From IMG/VR virus record IMGVR_UViG_3300045988_059296: a stretch of 47,749 bases of DNA. The stretch is one strand, 5' to 3'. The translations under genes and the position numbers were made by a program. Below the pieces are notes generated by a model, which saw only the letters and a list, made by a program, of their open reading frames with translations, had not been told where the DNA came from and ran no database searches. This stretch comes from a virus. Positions 1-8,041 of the stretch are shown here, one piece after another (position 1 is the first letter of the stretch; each line of letters begins with the position of its first letter).

Positions 1-99
1 CGGCGGGCGAAATCGAATTGACGATGCACATTGAGATTTCCAACGCGGACGCTATCTCTTTTATCATCGACCCGAACGTAGTAACGGCAACAAAAAAAG
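1..99. repeat. Terminal direct repeat, copy 1, identical to 47651-47749. The contig closes into a 47650-bp circle or is terminally redundant.
   Basis: Read directly: the first 99 nt (cggcgggcgaaatcgaattg...gtaacggcaacaaaaaaag) recur exactly as the last 99 nt. Confidence 0.97.
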
Positions 100-521
100 A
101 CATTGAAGACCACGACGCATCGAAGACGGCACACGCCGCAGAGTTTGAGAAAAAAGCAGACGTTACCGACCTAAACGCACACGCGAATAATACGGATATT
201 CATGTAAACCCGTCTACGATGGGAAATTACGACACGGCAATTTCGGGGCTGATCGAACATAAGGAAGATACGAAAATTCATGTGACGGCGGAAGAAAAAG
301 CATCGTGGACGGAGGGTGCAGAGCAGGCGGCGGCGGACGCGAACAGAGTAACCGAAGCGCTTAACGCCATTGCAGGAATTGAAAGCCGCGTTTCTCGCGT
401 GGAAGACGGCCTGTTCAACAACATCACAGGGAACCCGTTTCTTGCGTCCTTTGATTCCCTTGACGGCATCACGCTTGTTAAGGGTATCTGGAACGAAGAA
501 AGAAAGCGCATCGAATGTTGA
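1..521 (+). CDS. Tail fibre protein, C-terminal part. It continues the ORF that starts at 47296 and crosses the contig junction; the joined length is 876 nt, 291 aa.
   Basis: The frame of track ORF 18-521 stays open back to base 3. It is in phase with 47296-47650 once the 99-nt overlap is removed. Repeated SKTAH / NTDIHV / DTKIHV motifs and a coiled C-terminus fit a fibre shaft. Confidence 0.75.
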   Translation, partial: AGEIELTMHIEISNADAISFIIDPNVVTATKKDIEDHDASKTAHAAEFEKKADVTDLNAHANNTDIHVNPSTMGNYDTAISGLIEHKEDTKIHVTAEEKASWTEGAEQAAADANRVTEALNAIAGIESRVSRVEDGLFNNITGNPFLASFDSLDGITLVKGIWNEERKRIEC

Positions 522-745
522 CGGAATATGCCTGCCCGCGGCGGGAACTGTCCTGCATCGTCGGAAACCTGTTCGTCGAACTGGAACCACCCTGCGACCA
601 TTGCGCCGCCGGGGACAGCCTGACGATATGCGGAACGACATACGCCGGGACACGGGCAACGCTGACCGTCACCGAATACGGATTTACCTTTGACGGACCG
701 CCGGAGGAAGTCGAACAAATCCGGGAAAGGCGGTGTCTAAAATAG
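515..745 (+). CDS. Small Cys-rich protein (76 aa) directly after the tail fibre gene. Possibly a fibre assembly factor; function unknown.
   Basis: The ATG overlaps the fibre stop codon (ATGTTGA). It occupies the slot of P2 G-type chaperones. No recognisable motif. Confidence 0.4.
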   Translation: MLTEYACPRRELSCIVGNLFVELEPPCDHCAAGDSLTICGTTYAGTRATLTVTEYGFTFDGPPEEVEQIRERRCLK

Positions 746-1182
746 ACCAGCGACAAACCGAACAAAAGCCCGCACAAGAATTTGCAATCATCACGAAAGC
801 GAAAGATTTAGTCAAGCACACGTTTATGATGACAAGCGAACGGAGATTTCCGAAGAAGTACCGCTTCACCATCGTAAACCGCTTGCACGATTTGACGCTT
901 GACATTTTCCAGCACATACAGGAAGCGAACGAACTTGACCTTACAGACCCGCAGGAATACCGCGAACGGCGCTACGAACAGAAAAAGGCGCTGACAGAGT
1001 GCAAGACGGTTCTTTTCCTGATCGAACTTTCCTTTGAAAAGGAACTTATCTCTTCCGAACAATGCGCGGAATGGACCCGGCACGTTATGAACGTGAAGAA
1101 CATGACGGCAAAGTGGAGGAAGCAGGATAGAGAGCGGTTCGCCGCACTACAACAGAATAGAGGAATCACGCCGCGGCGGTAA
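733..1182 (+). CDS. avd: DGR accessory variability determinant (Avd), a four-helix-bundle protein.
   Basis: 149-aa basic helical protein. The stretch FPKKYRFTIVNRLHDLTLDIFQHIQEAN resembles the Avd / 23S-IVS four-helix-bundle family. It lies immediately 5' of the TR and RT and has a GTG start. Confidence 0.8.
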   Translation: MSKIDQRQTEQKPAQEFAIITKAKDLVKHTFMMTSERRFPKKYRFTIVNRLHDLTLDIFQHIQEANELDLTDPQEYRERRYEQKKALTECKTVLFLIELSFEKELISSEQCAEWTRHVMNVKNMTAKWRKQDRERFAALQQNRGITPRR

Positions 1183-1214
1183 CGCACGGCGTTTTTCTTG
1201 GGGTGCGGCTTGTA

Positions 1215-1309
1215 GCGTCCAACTCTTACAACGTCCGCAACGTCAATTCCTCTGGCGCGATGAACTGGAACAACGCTTACAACGGCAACAACGGCGTTCG
1301 CCCGCTTTG
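1215..1309 (+). repeat. DGR template repeat (TR).
   Basis: A non-coding 95-nt segment between avd and the RT. It is collinear with 3321-3415 and, from 1221, with 16406-16494. It holds 23 adenines and 9 AAC triplets in the VR reading frame. Its 3' end is the A-free GC-rich cggcgttcgcccgctttg. Confidence 0.93.
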
Positions 1310-1413
1310 GTGGAAACCGCGATTGAGTAGGCCGAAAGGCTGAAAACAGAGGACCACTATCAAAGGAAGCCGCATCCCTCCGCCGTGGTGACAGCACGAC
1401 GGTAAATACAAGA

Positions 1414-2673
1414 TTGGTGAAGCAAGGTCCACGGAAACCAGCTTCCGCCCGCCGCGGACGCGCGGCGCGGTCCGATGATGACGCGTTGCGTGCGGCGGGA
1501 GCCGCAGACGCGCAAGGCCGATTCTATACACGGCAAGGAGTTTTTTATACGCAAGGCGCAGAATTCGAGCAGGTATATGATTTCGGGAACCTATACGCGG
1601 GGTTCCTGAAAGCACGCAGGGGCAAGCGACACAAACCCAGCGTTGCAAAATTTGAAGCAAATCTTCTTGAAACCCTATGCCTACTTTCGGAAATGCTGAA
1701 AACCAAAACATACCGACCGTCAGATTATTTCGTTTTCAAGGTCTATGAACCGAAAGAACGAATCGTTATGACGAACGCATTCAAAGACAAGGTGGTTCAA
1801 CATTCCCTATGCGACAACATACTTGAACCCGCGTTTTCAAAAGCCTTTATCCGGGACAACTACGCATCGCAGAGCGGGCGCGGAACACATGACGGGTTAT
1901 ACCGCCTTGAAGAATTCATGCGGTCCTACTACTTCACACGCAAGGCGAACGCCGAGCGGGAGCGGCGGGCCGCGGGATTGCCGCCGCCCGGCCCGGAGGA
2001 AGTGCGGCACTATTCGGACGGCTGGGTTTTGAAATGCGACATATCGAAGTATTTCTATTCAATCCAGCATGAACCGTTAAAGCAGATGACGCGGAAGTAC
2101 ATCAAAGACCCGGATATTCTGTGGTTAGTTGACCTTATCGTTGACAGCACGGAAAATCCGGGAATTCCTATCGGCAACCAGACTTCACAATGGTTCGCCG
2201 TCATGTATCTTTCAGGCATGGACCATTTCATAAAAGAAAAGCTGGGTATTCGCTATTATGGGCGGTACATGGACGATTTCTATTTGATACATGAGGACAA
2301 GGCATATTTGCAATACTGCCGGGGCGAGATCGAACAATACGTTGCCCGGCTGGGCCTGCGGATGAACAAGAAAACAAATATTTTCCCGTTGCGGAACGGT
2401 ATTGATTTCTTGGGCTTCCACACCTACTTGACCGAATCGGGCAAAATCATTCGCAAAGTCCGGCGGTCAAGCAAATGTAACGCACAACGCAAATTGAAGA
2501 AACAGCGCGGTCTACTGGACCGGGAGAAAATCAGCCTTTCAGACATTGAACAGTCATACGGAAGTTGGCGGAGCCACGCCGTAAAGGGAAACTGCTATCA
2601 CCTGATACAGAAAACCGACAGTCTGTTTCAAAATCTATTCAAGGAGAGTGAAAAACAATGGCCCAAAGTTTGA
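1414..2673 (+). CDS. DGR-type reverse transcriptase.
   Basis: PIGNQTSQWFAVMYLSGMDHF (the DGR-typical IGxxxSQ motif), a YMDD catalytic box and SQSGRGTHDG. The start is uncertain: there is no in-frame ATG before the conserved core, so TTG 1414 or GTG 1417 are candidates. Confidence 0.9.
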   Translation: MVKQGPRKPASARRGRAARSDDDALRAAGAADAQGRFYTRQGVFYTQGAEFEQVYDFGNLYAGFLKARRGKRHKPSVAKFEANLLETLCLLSEMLKTKTYRPSDYFVFKVYEPKERIVMTNAFKDKVVQHSLCDNILEPAFSKAFIRDNYASQSGRGTHDGLYRLEEFMRSYYFTRKANAERERRAAGLPPPGPEEVRHYSDGWVLKCDISKYFYSIQHEPLKQMTRKYIKDPDILWLVDLIVDSTENPGIPIGNQTSQWFAVMYLSGMDHFIKEKLGIRYYGRYMDDFYLIHEDKAYLQYCRGEIEQYVARLGLRMNKKTNIFPLRNGIDFLGFHTYLTESGKIIRKVRRSSKCNAQRKLKKQRGLLDREKISLSDIEQSYGSWRSHAVKGNCYHLIQKTDSLFQNLFKESEKQWPKV

Positions 2674-4376
2674 ATGCGCTTGCCGTCGGTGCGCTTGTCA
2701 AAGATACAGGCACGCTTTACAACGGTAAGCCGATCATTTGGAAAATCGCCGACAAGGGACACACGGGCTACCCGTCCGGCGCTGTGACCCTGATTACGGA
2801 GCGCATTATTTCGCTGAAATGCTTTGACGCTATCGAATCCGGCAACAGCGACGGCAACCGCCGCAGTTACGGCAATAACCGTTGGACCCTTTCTAACGTG
2901 CGGCAATGGCTGAACAGTCAGGCCGCCGCCGGGAAGTGGTACAGCGCCCAGCATGGCGCAGACGCGGCCCCGACGAATGCGAACGTATGGAGCAACTACA
3001 ACGAATACGACGCGGAAGCGGGCTTTCTTGCGGGCTTCTCCGCGAACTTCATTGCGGCCCTGCTGACTACGACCCACACCGTAGGCAAGGCGACCGTAGA
3101 CGGCGGCGGTACGGAGAGTTGCGCCGACAAAATCTTCCTTGCGACCTGTACGGAAGTCGGCTTGTCCGGCGACGTGACCGCGGGAAGCAAGCTGGCCTTG
3201 TTCAGCGACGACAATTCCCGTCTTGCCTACCCCACGGCGGAAGCCGTGAGCAAGAGCGAATACACGAACGGCAGTTTCAACGTAAATTCGCCGCGGTATT
3301 GGTGGCTTGCCGACGCTTACGCGTCCAGCTCTTACATCGTCCGCCACGTCAATTCCTCTGGCGCGGTGATCTGGAGCGACGCTTACATCGGCTACCTCGG
3401 CGTTCGCCCGCTTTGTAATTTGTCCTCTGGAATCTTGGTATCTGATAGCCCGGATTCCGACGGAGCATACACGATCATTTGGAACCGCGCCCCCTCGAAG
3501 CCCTCTTCCATCACGGTTCCGTCCAGCGTGCGCGGCGGCGAAAGCCTGTCTATCAGTTGGGGGGCTTCCACGGACGAAGACGGCAATCTTTCCGGCTATA
3601 TCCTCGAACGGCAGGTCAACGGCGGCGCATGGGCGCAGGTATACAAGGGCATCAACCGCAGTTACACAGACGCAATCACGTTCGGCTGGACCTCTGTTGC
3701 GTACCGCGTCAAGGCGTATGACAGCGCGGGCGCGGAATCGGCGTATCAGACCAGCGCGACGCGGACGGTGGTAAACAACCATGCGCCCGTTATCAGCGGC
3801 ACAGATTCCAACTTGGGAACGAAGACCGCCGCGTTCGCGCAGAGTTACAGCGTAACGGACGAAGACAGCGGGCAGACCTTGACCGTGACAGAGTACATCG
3901 ACGGCACGCAGAAGCGTTCCTACACCGCGACAAGCGGACAGACCTATTCATTCAACATCACCGCCGCAGAGTGGGTGAAGCTGTTGAACGGGTCCCATAC
4001 GCTGAAAATCGTTGCGGCGGACAACTACGGCGGAAGCGCGACCCGGACGTATACGTTCACGAAAAATGAAACGGAAATCGAACTTACGCTTGCTACCCCG
4101 CTTACTGCCGACGATATGGTGACAAAGGGTATCATGTCTGTCGTGCGTCAAATTCCAGCAGGTGCAAAATTCACCGTGGAAGTCTGCAACAACGGCAACG
4201 ACGCTTCCCCGACGTGGGAGGACGTGACGCAGAACGTCGTAAGCGGAAGTAAGTTCTTCCTTTCCAACACAACCAAAACGGCGAGCGCTTGGGGCTACAA
4301 TTTCCGCATCAAGGTAAAGCGCGGAACGGCAACGGGCGATTGCTTCATTACGTCTGCGGGAGGTAACTTTGAATGA
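2658..4376 (+). CDS. DGR target protein 1 (572 aa). It has an N-terminal variable ligand-binding domain (YWWL...GVRPLC, C-type-lectin-like / DUF6273-like), an FN3 domain, an Ig-like domain and a C-terminal beta domain. Probably a receptor-binding tail protein.
   Basis: Contains VR1. The FN3-like segment is PSKPSSITVP...WGASTDEDGNLSGYILERQVNGGAW...YRVKAYDSAG. RBS AAGGAG precedes the start. The gene sits between the tail fibre and the lysis cassette. Confidence 0.8.
   Translation: MAQSLNALAVGALVKDTGTLYNGKPIIWKIADKGHTGYPSGAVTLITERIISLKCFDAIESGNSDGNRRSYGNNRWTLSNVRQWLNSQAAAGKWYSAQHGADAAPTNANVWSNYNEYDAEAGFLAGFSANFIAALLTTTHTVGKATVDGGGTESCADKIFLATCTEVGLSGDVTAGSKLALFSDDNSRLAYPTAEAVSKSEYTNGSFNVNSPRYWWLADAYASSSYIVRHVNSSGAVIWSDAYIGYLGVRPLCNLSSGILVSDSPDSDGAYTIIWNRAPSKPSSITVPSSVRGGESLSISWGASTDEDGNLSGYILERQVNGGAWAQVYKGINRSYTDAITFGWTSVAYRVKAYDSAGAESAYQTSATRTVVNNHAPVISGTDSNLGTKTAAFAQSYSVTDEDSGQTLTVTEYIDGTQKRSYTATSGQTYSFNITAAEWVKLLNGSHTLKIVAADNYGGSATRTYTFTKNETEIELTLATPLTADDMVTKGIMSVVRQIPAGAKFTVEVCNNGNDASPTWEDVTQNVVSGSKFFLSNTTKTASAWGYNFRIKVKRGTATGDCFITSAGGNFE
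3321..3415 (+). repeat. DGR variable repeat VR1.
   Basis: 95/95 collinear with the TR and differs at 11 positions, all adenines in the TR. Encodes ASSSYIVRHVNSSGAVIWSDAYIGYLGVRPLC. Confidence 0.93.
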
Positions 4377-4858
4377 GCATTCAGCACAGAGAAGACAGCA
4401 TTCGTGATATGAAGTTGGAGCGGCTGGGCGTGACCCCGCCGCAGGACTGGAACGACGTTGAGCAGGTCCGCACGGCAAAGAAAGCCGAAATCGGCCTTGC
4501 GTGTTCCGCGGCTATCTACGCCGGAATCGACGTGGGCGGCGCACATTACAGCCTGACCGAACACGACCAAACCGAACTTATGGCGCAGTTCCAGACGGTC
4601 AAGGAGGGCGCGGAGGAAGTGCCGTACCACGCCGACGGTGAACTTTGCCGTATGTATACCGCGGAGGAATTCACCGCGCTTACACAGGCCGCGACCGCCC
4701 ACGTCTTCTATCACCGCACCTACTGCAACCACCTGAACGCGTGGATTAAACGGGCCGGGCTTGATGAAATCCCGGCTATCGTGTACGGCGCGGACCTGCC
4801 CGCCGACCTTGCGGCAAGCATGGCGGCGCTGATTGAGAAAGCAGGTGGCGACGCGTGA
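4373..4858 (+). CDS. Hypothetical protein (161 aa) in the position of a tail-fibre-associated XkdW/DUF4376-like gene.
   Basis: ATGA start/stop overlap with target 1. No diagnostic motif recognised. Confidence 0.6.
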   Translation: MSIQHREDSIRDMKLERLGVTPPQDWNDVEQVRTAKKAEIGLACSAAIYAGIDVGGAHYSLTEHDQTELMAQFQTVKEGAEEVPYHADGELCRMYTAEEFTALTQAATAHVFYHRTYCNHLNAWIKRAGLDEIPAIVYGADLPADLAASMAALIEKAGGDA

Positions 4859-5331
4859 AACGTATCTTGACGATTTGGGCCACGCTGGGCGCGGCTTACG
4901 TCGTATTTGAAACGCTTTTCCGCGGGTACTCCCACCCGTCTATGTTCGTTGTAGGCGGGCTGTGCGGTGTTCTGGTTGGTGCTATCAATCAGAACCCGCG
5001 CTTTTACCGCGCCCCGGTCATCGTGCAATCGGTCATCGGGGCCGTTATCGTGCTTGCGGTAGAGTTTATTTCCGGGTGTGTACTGAACCTGTGGTTAGGG
5101 CTGGGCGTTTGGGATTACAGCAATCAGCCGGGAAACGTGCTGGGTCAAATCTGCCCGGCTTTCGGCCTGCTGTGGTTCTTCATTATGCCGCTTGCTATTT
5201 GGGCGGAGGACACAACGCGTTATTTGATTTGGGCGTATGACTGCGCGGTTTATCACTCGCAGGAAGCACCGCCCACAATCGCCCCGTATTCGCTGAAAAG
5301 CGTTTACGGGGACTTCATTTGCGGGAGGTAA
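4855..5331 (+). CDS. Integral membrane protein with about 4 TM helices, associated with the lysis cassette.
   Basis: Four hydrophobic segments (ILTIWATLGAAYVVF, MFVVGGLCGVLVGAI, VIVQSVIGAVIVLAVEF, ICPAFGLLWFFIMPLAIW). The GTG start overlaps the upstream stop. Confidence 0.6.
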   Translation: MKRILTIWATLGAAYVVFETLFRGYSHPSMFVVGGLCGVLVGAINQNPRFYRAPVIVQSVIGAVIVLAVEFISGCVLNLWLGLGVWDYSNQPGNVLGQICPAFGLLWFFIMPLAIWAEDTTRYLIWAYDCAVYHSQEAPPTIAPYSLKSVYGDFICGR

Positions 5332-5336
5332 AGAAC

Positions 5337-5642
5337 ATGAATGAAGTGCTTGCAGGTTTGAGCGTCGTTAGTACGATTTGCGCTATCGTGTTCGGCTACG
5401 TTGCCTTTGCCCGGAATGGGAAAAGGGACGTTGCCGACGAAGCGAAGAGCGACGCGACCGTTCTTACCGAAATCGGCTATATCAAGGCCAACACGGACGA
5501 AATCAAGGCGGAGCAAAAGGAACAGCGCAAGACGAACGTTGAAGTCGTTACGCGCCTGACCGCCGTTGAAGCGTCCGCGAAACAGGCGCACAAGCGACTT
5601 GACGCGTTCGAGAGCCGGGAGCGGCGCGAACACGAAGAGTAA
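5337..5642 (+). CDS. Membrane-anchored coiled-coil protein, possibly an XhlA-like lysis accessory protein.
   Basis: GGGAGG lies 8 nt upstream of ATG 5337. The protein has an N-terminal TM segment (LAGLSVVSTICAIVFGYVAF) followed by a charged heptad-rich tail. Confidence 0.55.
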   Translation: MNEVLAGLSVVSTICAIVFGYVAFARNGKRDVADEAKSDATVLTEIGYIKANTDEIKAEQKEQRKTNVEVVTRLTAVEASAKQAHKRLDAFESRERREHEE

Positions 5643-5657
5643 GAAAGGCGGCGCGGC

Positions 5658-6023
5658 ATGATTTATCTTTTCAGCGTTGCCGCCGGGTTGGTTGGCGGGT
5701 TCGCCGCCGTCCTGCTGTTGAGCGGACGACGGCCCCGCCGACGAAGAGAGGGCAAGCAGAACCGCCGGAAGACAGAGTGTTCAAAGCTGGTTCTTTGGGC
5801 GGTCCTCTGTACCTATTTCGCTGGGTTCGGCGTGGGCGTGTGGGCCGTCGTCCTCGACGCTTCACAGCTTGGCGTTTTCCTTGCCTACGTTGGAACACCA
5901 ACGGCAACGGTCATCGGCTTTTATTCGTGGAAAGCAAAGGCGGAAAACGTTGTGAAAATCAAAAAGGCGAACCCGGAGGAAACGGAGGGAATGCCCGTTG
6001 ACCTGAACAACGTTCAGCCGTAA
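5658..6023 (+). CDS. Putative holin with three hydrophobic segments and a charged C-terminus.
   Basis: 121 aa with three TM-like stretches. It lies directly upstream of the endolysin. Confidence 0.5.
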   Translation: MIYLFSVAAGLVGGFAAVLLLSGRRPRRRREGKQNRRKTECSKLVLWAVLCTYFAGFGVGVWAVVLDASQLGVFLAYVGTPTATVIGFYSWKAKAENVVKIKKANPEETEGMPVDLNNVQP

Positions 6024-6036
6024 CGGAGGAATACAC

Positions 6037-7617
6037 ATGACACAGGAACAAAAGAAATTCATCGAGCGGGTGGGCGCACTTGCCGCGGCGGATATGCAGA
6101 AAAGCGGGGTCCTCGCGTCCATGACGATAGCGCAAGCAATCCTTGAAAGCGGTTGGGGCAAATCCGGCTTGACGGTCAAGGGAAACGCCCTGTTCGGCAT
6201 CAAGGCCGGGACAAGCTGGACCGGGGCCGTTTACAGCGGCAAAACGCAAGAGTGCTACGACGGCGTGACCTTTACGACCGTGACGGGCCTTTTCCGGGCC
6301 TATGGCAGTTGGGCGGAAAGCGTCGCCGATCATTCCGACTTGCTTTCGTGCAATGCCCGCTATAAAGCGGTCATCGGGGAGCGGGACTATAAAGCCGCGT
6401 GCCGGGCAATCGCCGCGGCGGGCTATGCGACCGACCCGAAGTATGCCGACAAACTGGTTCAAATCATCGAAGCATACGCCCTGACCGCCTACGACGGCGC
6501 AGGAAGCGCCGCAAAGCCCGGCGGTTCAAATACCACGGCGGGGGTCACAAGCCCCGCAGACGCGAAAGGAGCAGGCAAAATGAAAGCGTCTGAATTTATC
6601 AACAAATTGCAAAACATTGTGGACAACTATAAAACGCTGTACGTCATGGGCTGTTTCGGCGCACCACTGACGGGCGCGAACGTGTCCCGCTATTGCACAA
6701 ATCACAGGTACAACAAGCAGGCCGCGCGAACGGCGATGATTCGGGCGGCGGCGGATAAGAACCCGCCCGTCTACGGGTTCGACTGCGTATGCCTTATCAA
6801 AGGCGTTCTTTGGGGTTGGAGCGGAAACGCCGCGAAGCCATACGGCGGCGCGGCCTATGCTTCTAACGGCATTCCCGATCTTGGGGCCGACACCATGATT
6901 ACGAAGTGTTCCGGCGTGTCCGCTGATTTCAGCGGCATTGTTCCGGGTGAAGCTGTCTGGTTGCCCGGTCATATCGGCGTATACATCGGCGGCGGAAAGG
7001 TCATCGAATGTTCGCCCGCTTTCAAGAACTGCGTGCAGGTGACGGCGTGCCTGAACATTGGCACTATTTCCGGCATGAACGGGCGCAAGTGGACGAAGCA
7101 CGGGAAGTTGCCGTACATCACCTACGACACCGCAGGCGGCGCACAGGACGGCGCAGGAAGCACAACAAAGCCCAGCGGCACAACTACCACCCCGGCGACG
7201 CTTGCGTTCGCTGTGGGCGACGTGGTGCGCTTTACGGGCAACACCCATTACACCAACGCGGCGGCGGCAAGCGGCGCGGCCTGCAAGCCGGGAACGGCAA
7301 AGGTAACGGCGCTTGCAAAAGGCGCAAAGCACCCCTACCACCTTATCAAACAGCCCGGCGGCGGTTCTACCGTTTACGGCTGGGTCAATGCGGCGGACGT
7401 GCAGGCCGTCGGGAGCGGTACGACCGCGCCGAAAATGCGCGTCGGTGCAAAGGTGAAGTATTCCGGCCCGCTGTACCGTGACAGCAACGGCGGCGGACAG
7501 GGTAAGACTGTGAACGGAACGTACACAGTGAAGTATTACTATCCGGGCCGCAAGTGCGGCGTACACATCGACGGTTTGGGCTGGGTCCCTGAATCCGGCT
7601 GTACCGTCATTGGCTGA
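6037..7617 (+). CDS. Endolysin made of a GH73 N-acetylglucosaminidase domain, an NlpC/P60-like cysteine peptidase domain and two SH3-like cell-wall-binding repeats.
   Basis: GH73-type: TIAQAILESGWGKSGL...ALFGIK...YATDPKYADKL. Cys/His peptidase-like: GFDCVCLIKG...GHIGVYIGGGKVIE. Two C-terminal repeats of about 60 aa end in GWV. Confidence 0.85.
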   Translation: MTQEQKKFIERVGALAAADMQKSGVLASMTIAQAILESGWGKSGLTVKGNALFGIKAGTSWTGAVYSGKTQECYDGVTFTTVTGLFRAYGSWAESVADHSDLLSCNARYKAVIGERDYKAACRAIAAAGYATDPKYADKLVQIIEAYALTAYDGAGSAAKPGGSNTTAGVTSPADAKGAGKMKASEFINKLQNIVDNYKTLYVMGCFGAPLTGANVSRYCTNHRYNKQAARTAMIRAAADKNPPVYGFDCVCLIKGVLWGWSGNAAKPYGGAAYASNGIPDLGADTMITKCSGVSADFSGIVPGEAVWLPGHIGVYIGGGKVIECSPAFKNCVQVTACLNIGTISGMNGRKWTKHGKLPYITYDTAGGAQDGAGSTTKPSGTTTTPATLAFAVGDVVRFTGNTHYTNAAAASGAACKPGTAKVTALAKGAKHPYHLIKQPGGGSTVYGWVNAADVQAVGSGTTAPKMRVGAKVKYSGPLYRDSNGGGQGKTVNGTYTVKYYYPGRKCGVHIDGLGWVPESGCTVIG

Positions 7618-7639
7618 CAGATAGAAAGGAGAAACAGAA

Positions 7640-8041
7640 ATGAACGTTCTTACATTCCTTGCGAAGAATTGGGACAGCGTGCTTGTCGTCGTCGCTTTCC
7701 TCGCGCTGGTTGTCGTGCTTATCAAGCGCGGCGAAACAAAGATTTTGAAGCAAATCCTTTTCAACCTTGTAACGCAGGCCGAAAAGCAGTTCGGAAGCGG
7801 TACGGGTTCCCTGAAATATGCCGCCGTCGCGGACTGGATTTATCAGCGAATCCCGGCGGTGCTGAAACTGCTTTTCACGTCCAGCGATATTGAAAAAATG
7901 ATCGAAGCCGCTTTGGAGGAAGCGAAGAAAGCATGGGGCGCGAATGAGAATTTGAAAGGCTACATCGACACCCCATCCGTGGAAAGCCTGCTTGTCGGCA
8001 TCGAAGAACAGGCCGTCCAGACCGAACCCGCAGAAAACTAA
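7640..8041 (+). CDS. Holin-like protein of the LL-H type with a single N-terminal TM segment.
   Basis: 133 aa. TM segment VLVVVAFLALVVVLI followed by a helical soluble part. RBS GAAAGGAG. Last gene of the lysis cassette. Confidence 0.45.
   Translation: MNVLTFLAKNWDSVLVVVAFLALVVVLIKRGETKILKQILFNLVTQAEKQFGSGTGSLKYAAVADWIYQRIPAVLKLLFTSSDIEKMIEAALEEAKKAWGANENLKGYIDTPSVESLLVGIEEQAVQTEPAEN

Noticed and set aside
1-99. Reading the 99-bp terminal repeat as a biological direct terminal repeat of the virion DNA.
   Set aside because: The repeat falls in the middle of the tail fibre coding sequence. The lambda-like Nu1/GpA terminase predicts cos ends near 27.8-27.95 kb instead. An assembler overlap from a circular graph path is the simpler explanation. 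It cannot be fully excluded without reads.
3429-3458. A hairpin (ggaatc N18 gattcc) just 3' of VR1, as a possible DGR target-recognition cruciform, and the shared 13-mer atcttggtatctg downstream of both VRs.
   Set aside because: The equivalent position after VR2 forms only a 4-bp stem. The shared 13-mer encodes the conserved ILVS peptide, so common ancestry of the two domains explains it without invoking a DNA element.
2628-3782. Long antisense ORFs in the track: 2628-3782(-), 6526-7764(-), 19601-20626(-), 26684-27493(-), 33018-34586(-), 36106-37425(-) and 45438-46580(-).
   Set aside because: Each lies fully opposite a confidently assigned gene (DGR target, endolysin, terminase-like gene, capsid, sheath, baseplate J). 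Their translations are Arg/Gly/Ala/Pro-rich and low in complexity, as expected for stop-poor antisense frames in GC-rich DNA. No RBSs were seen.
7010-7022. A 13-nt exact match (gttcgcccgcttt) to the IMH-like 3' end of the TR and VRs, inside the endolysin gene, preceded by tacatcggc as in VR1.
   Set aside because: The sequence upstream does not align with the TR beyond these short words; 19 unrelated nt intervene. There is no A-specific mismatch pattern, so it is not a third VR. It is probably coincidental, though an off-target homing check in read data would be cheap.
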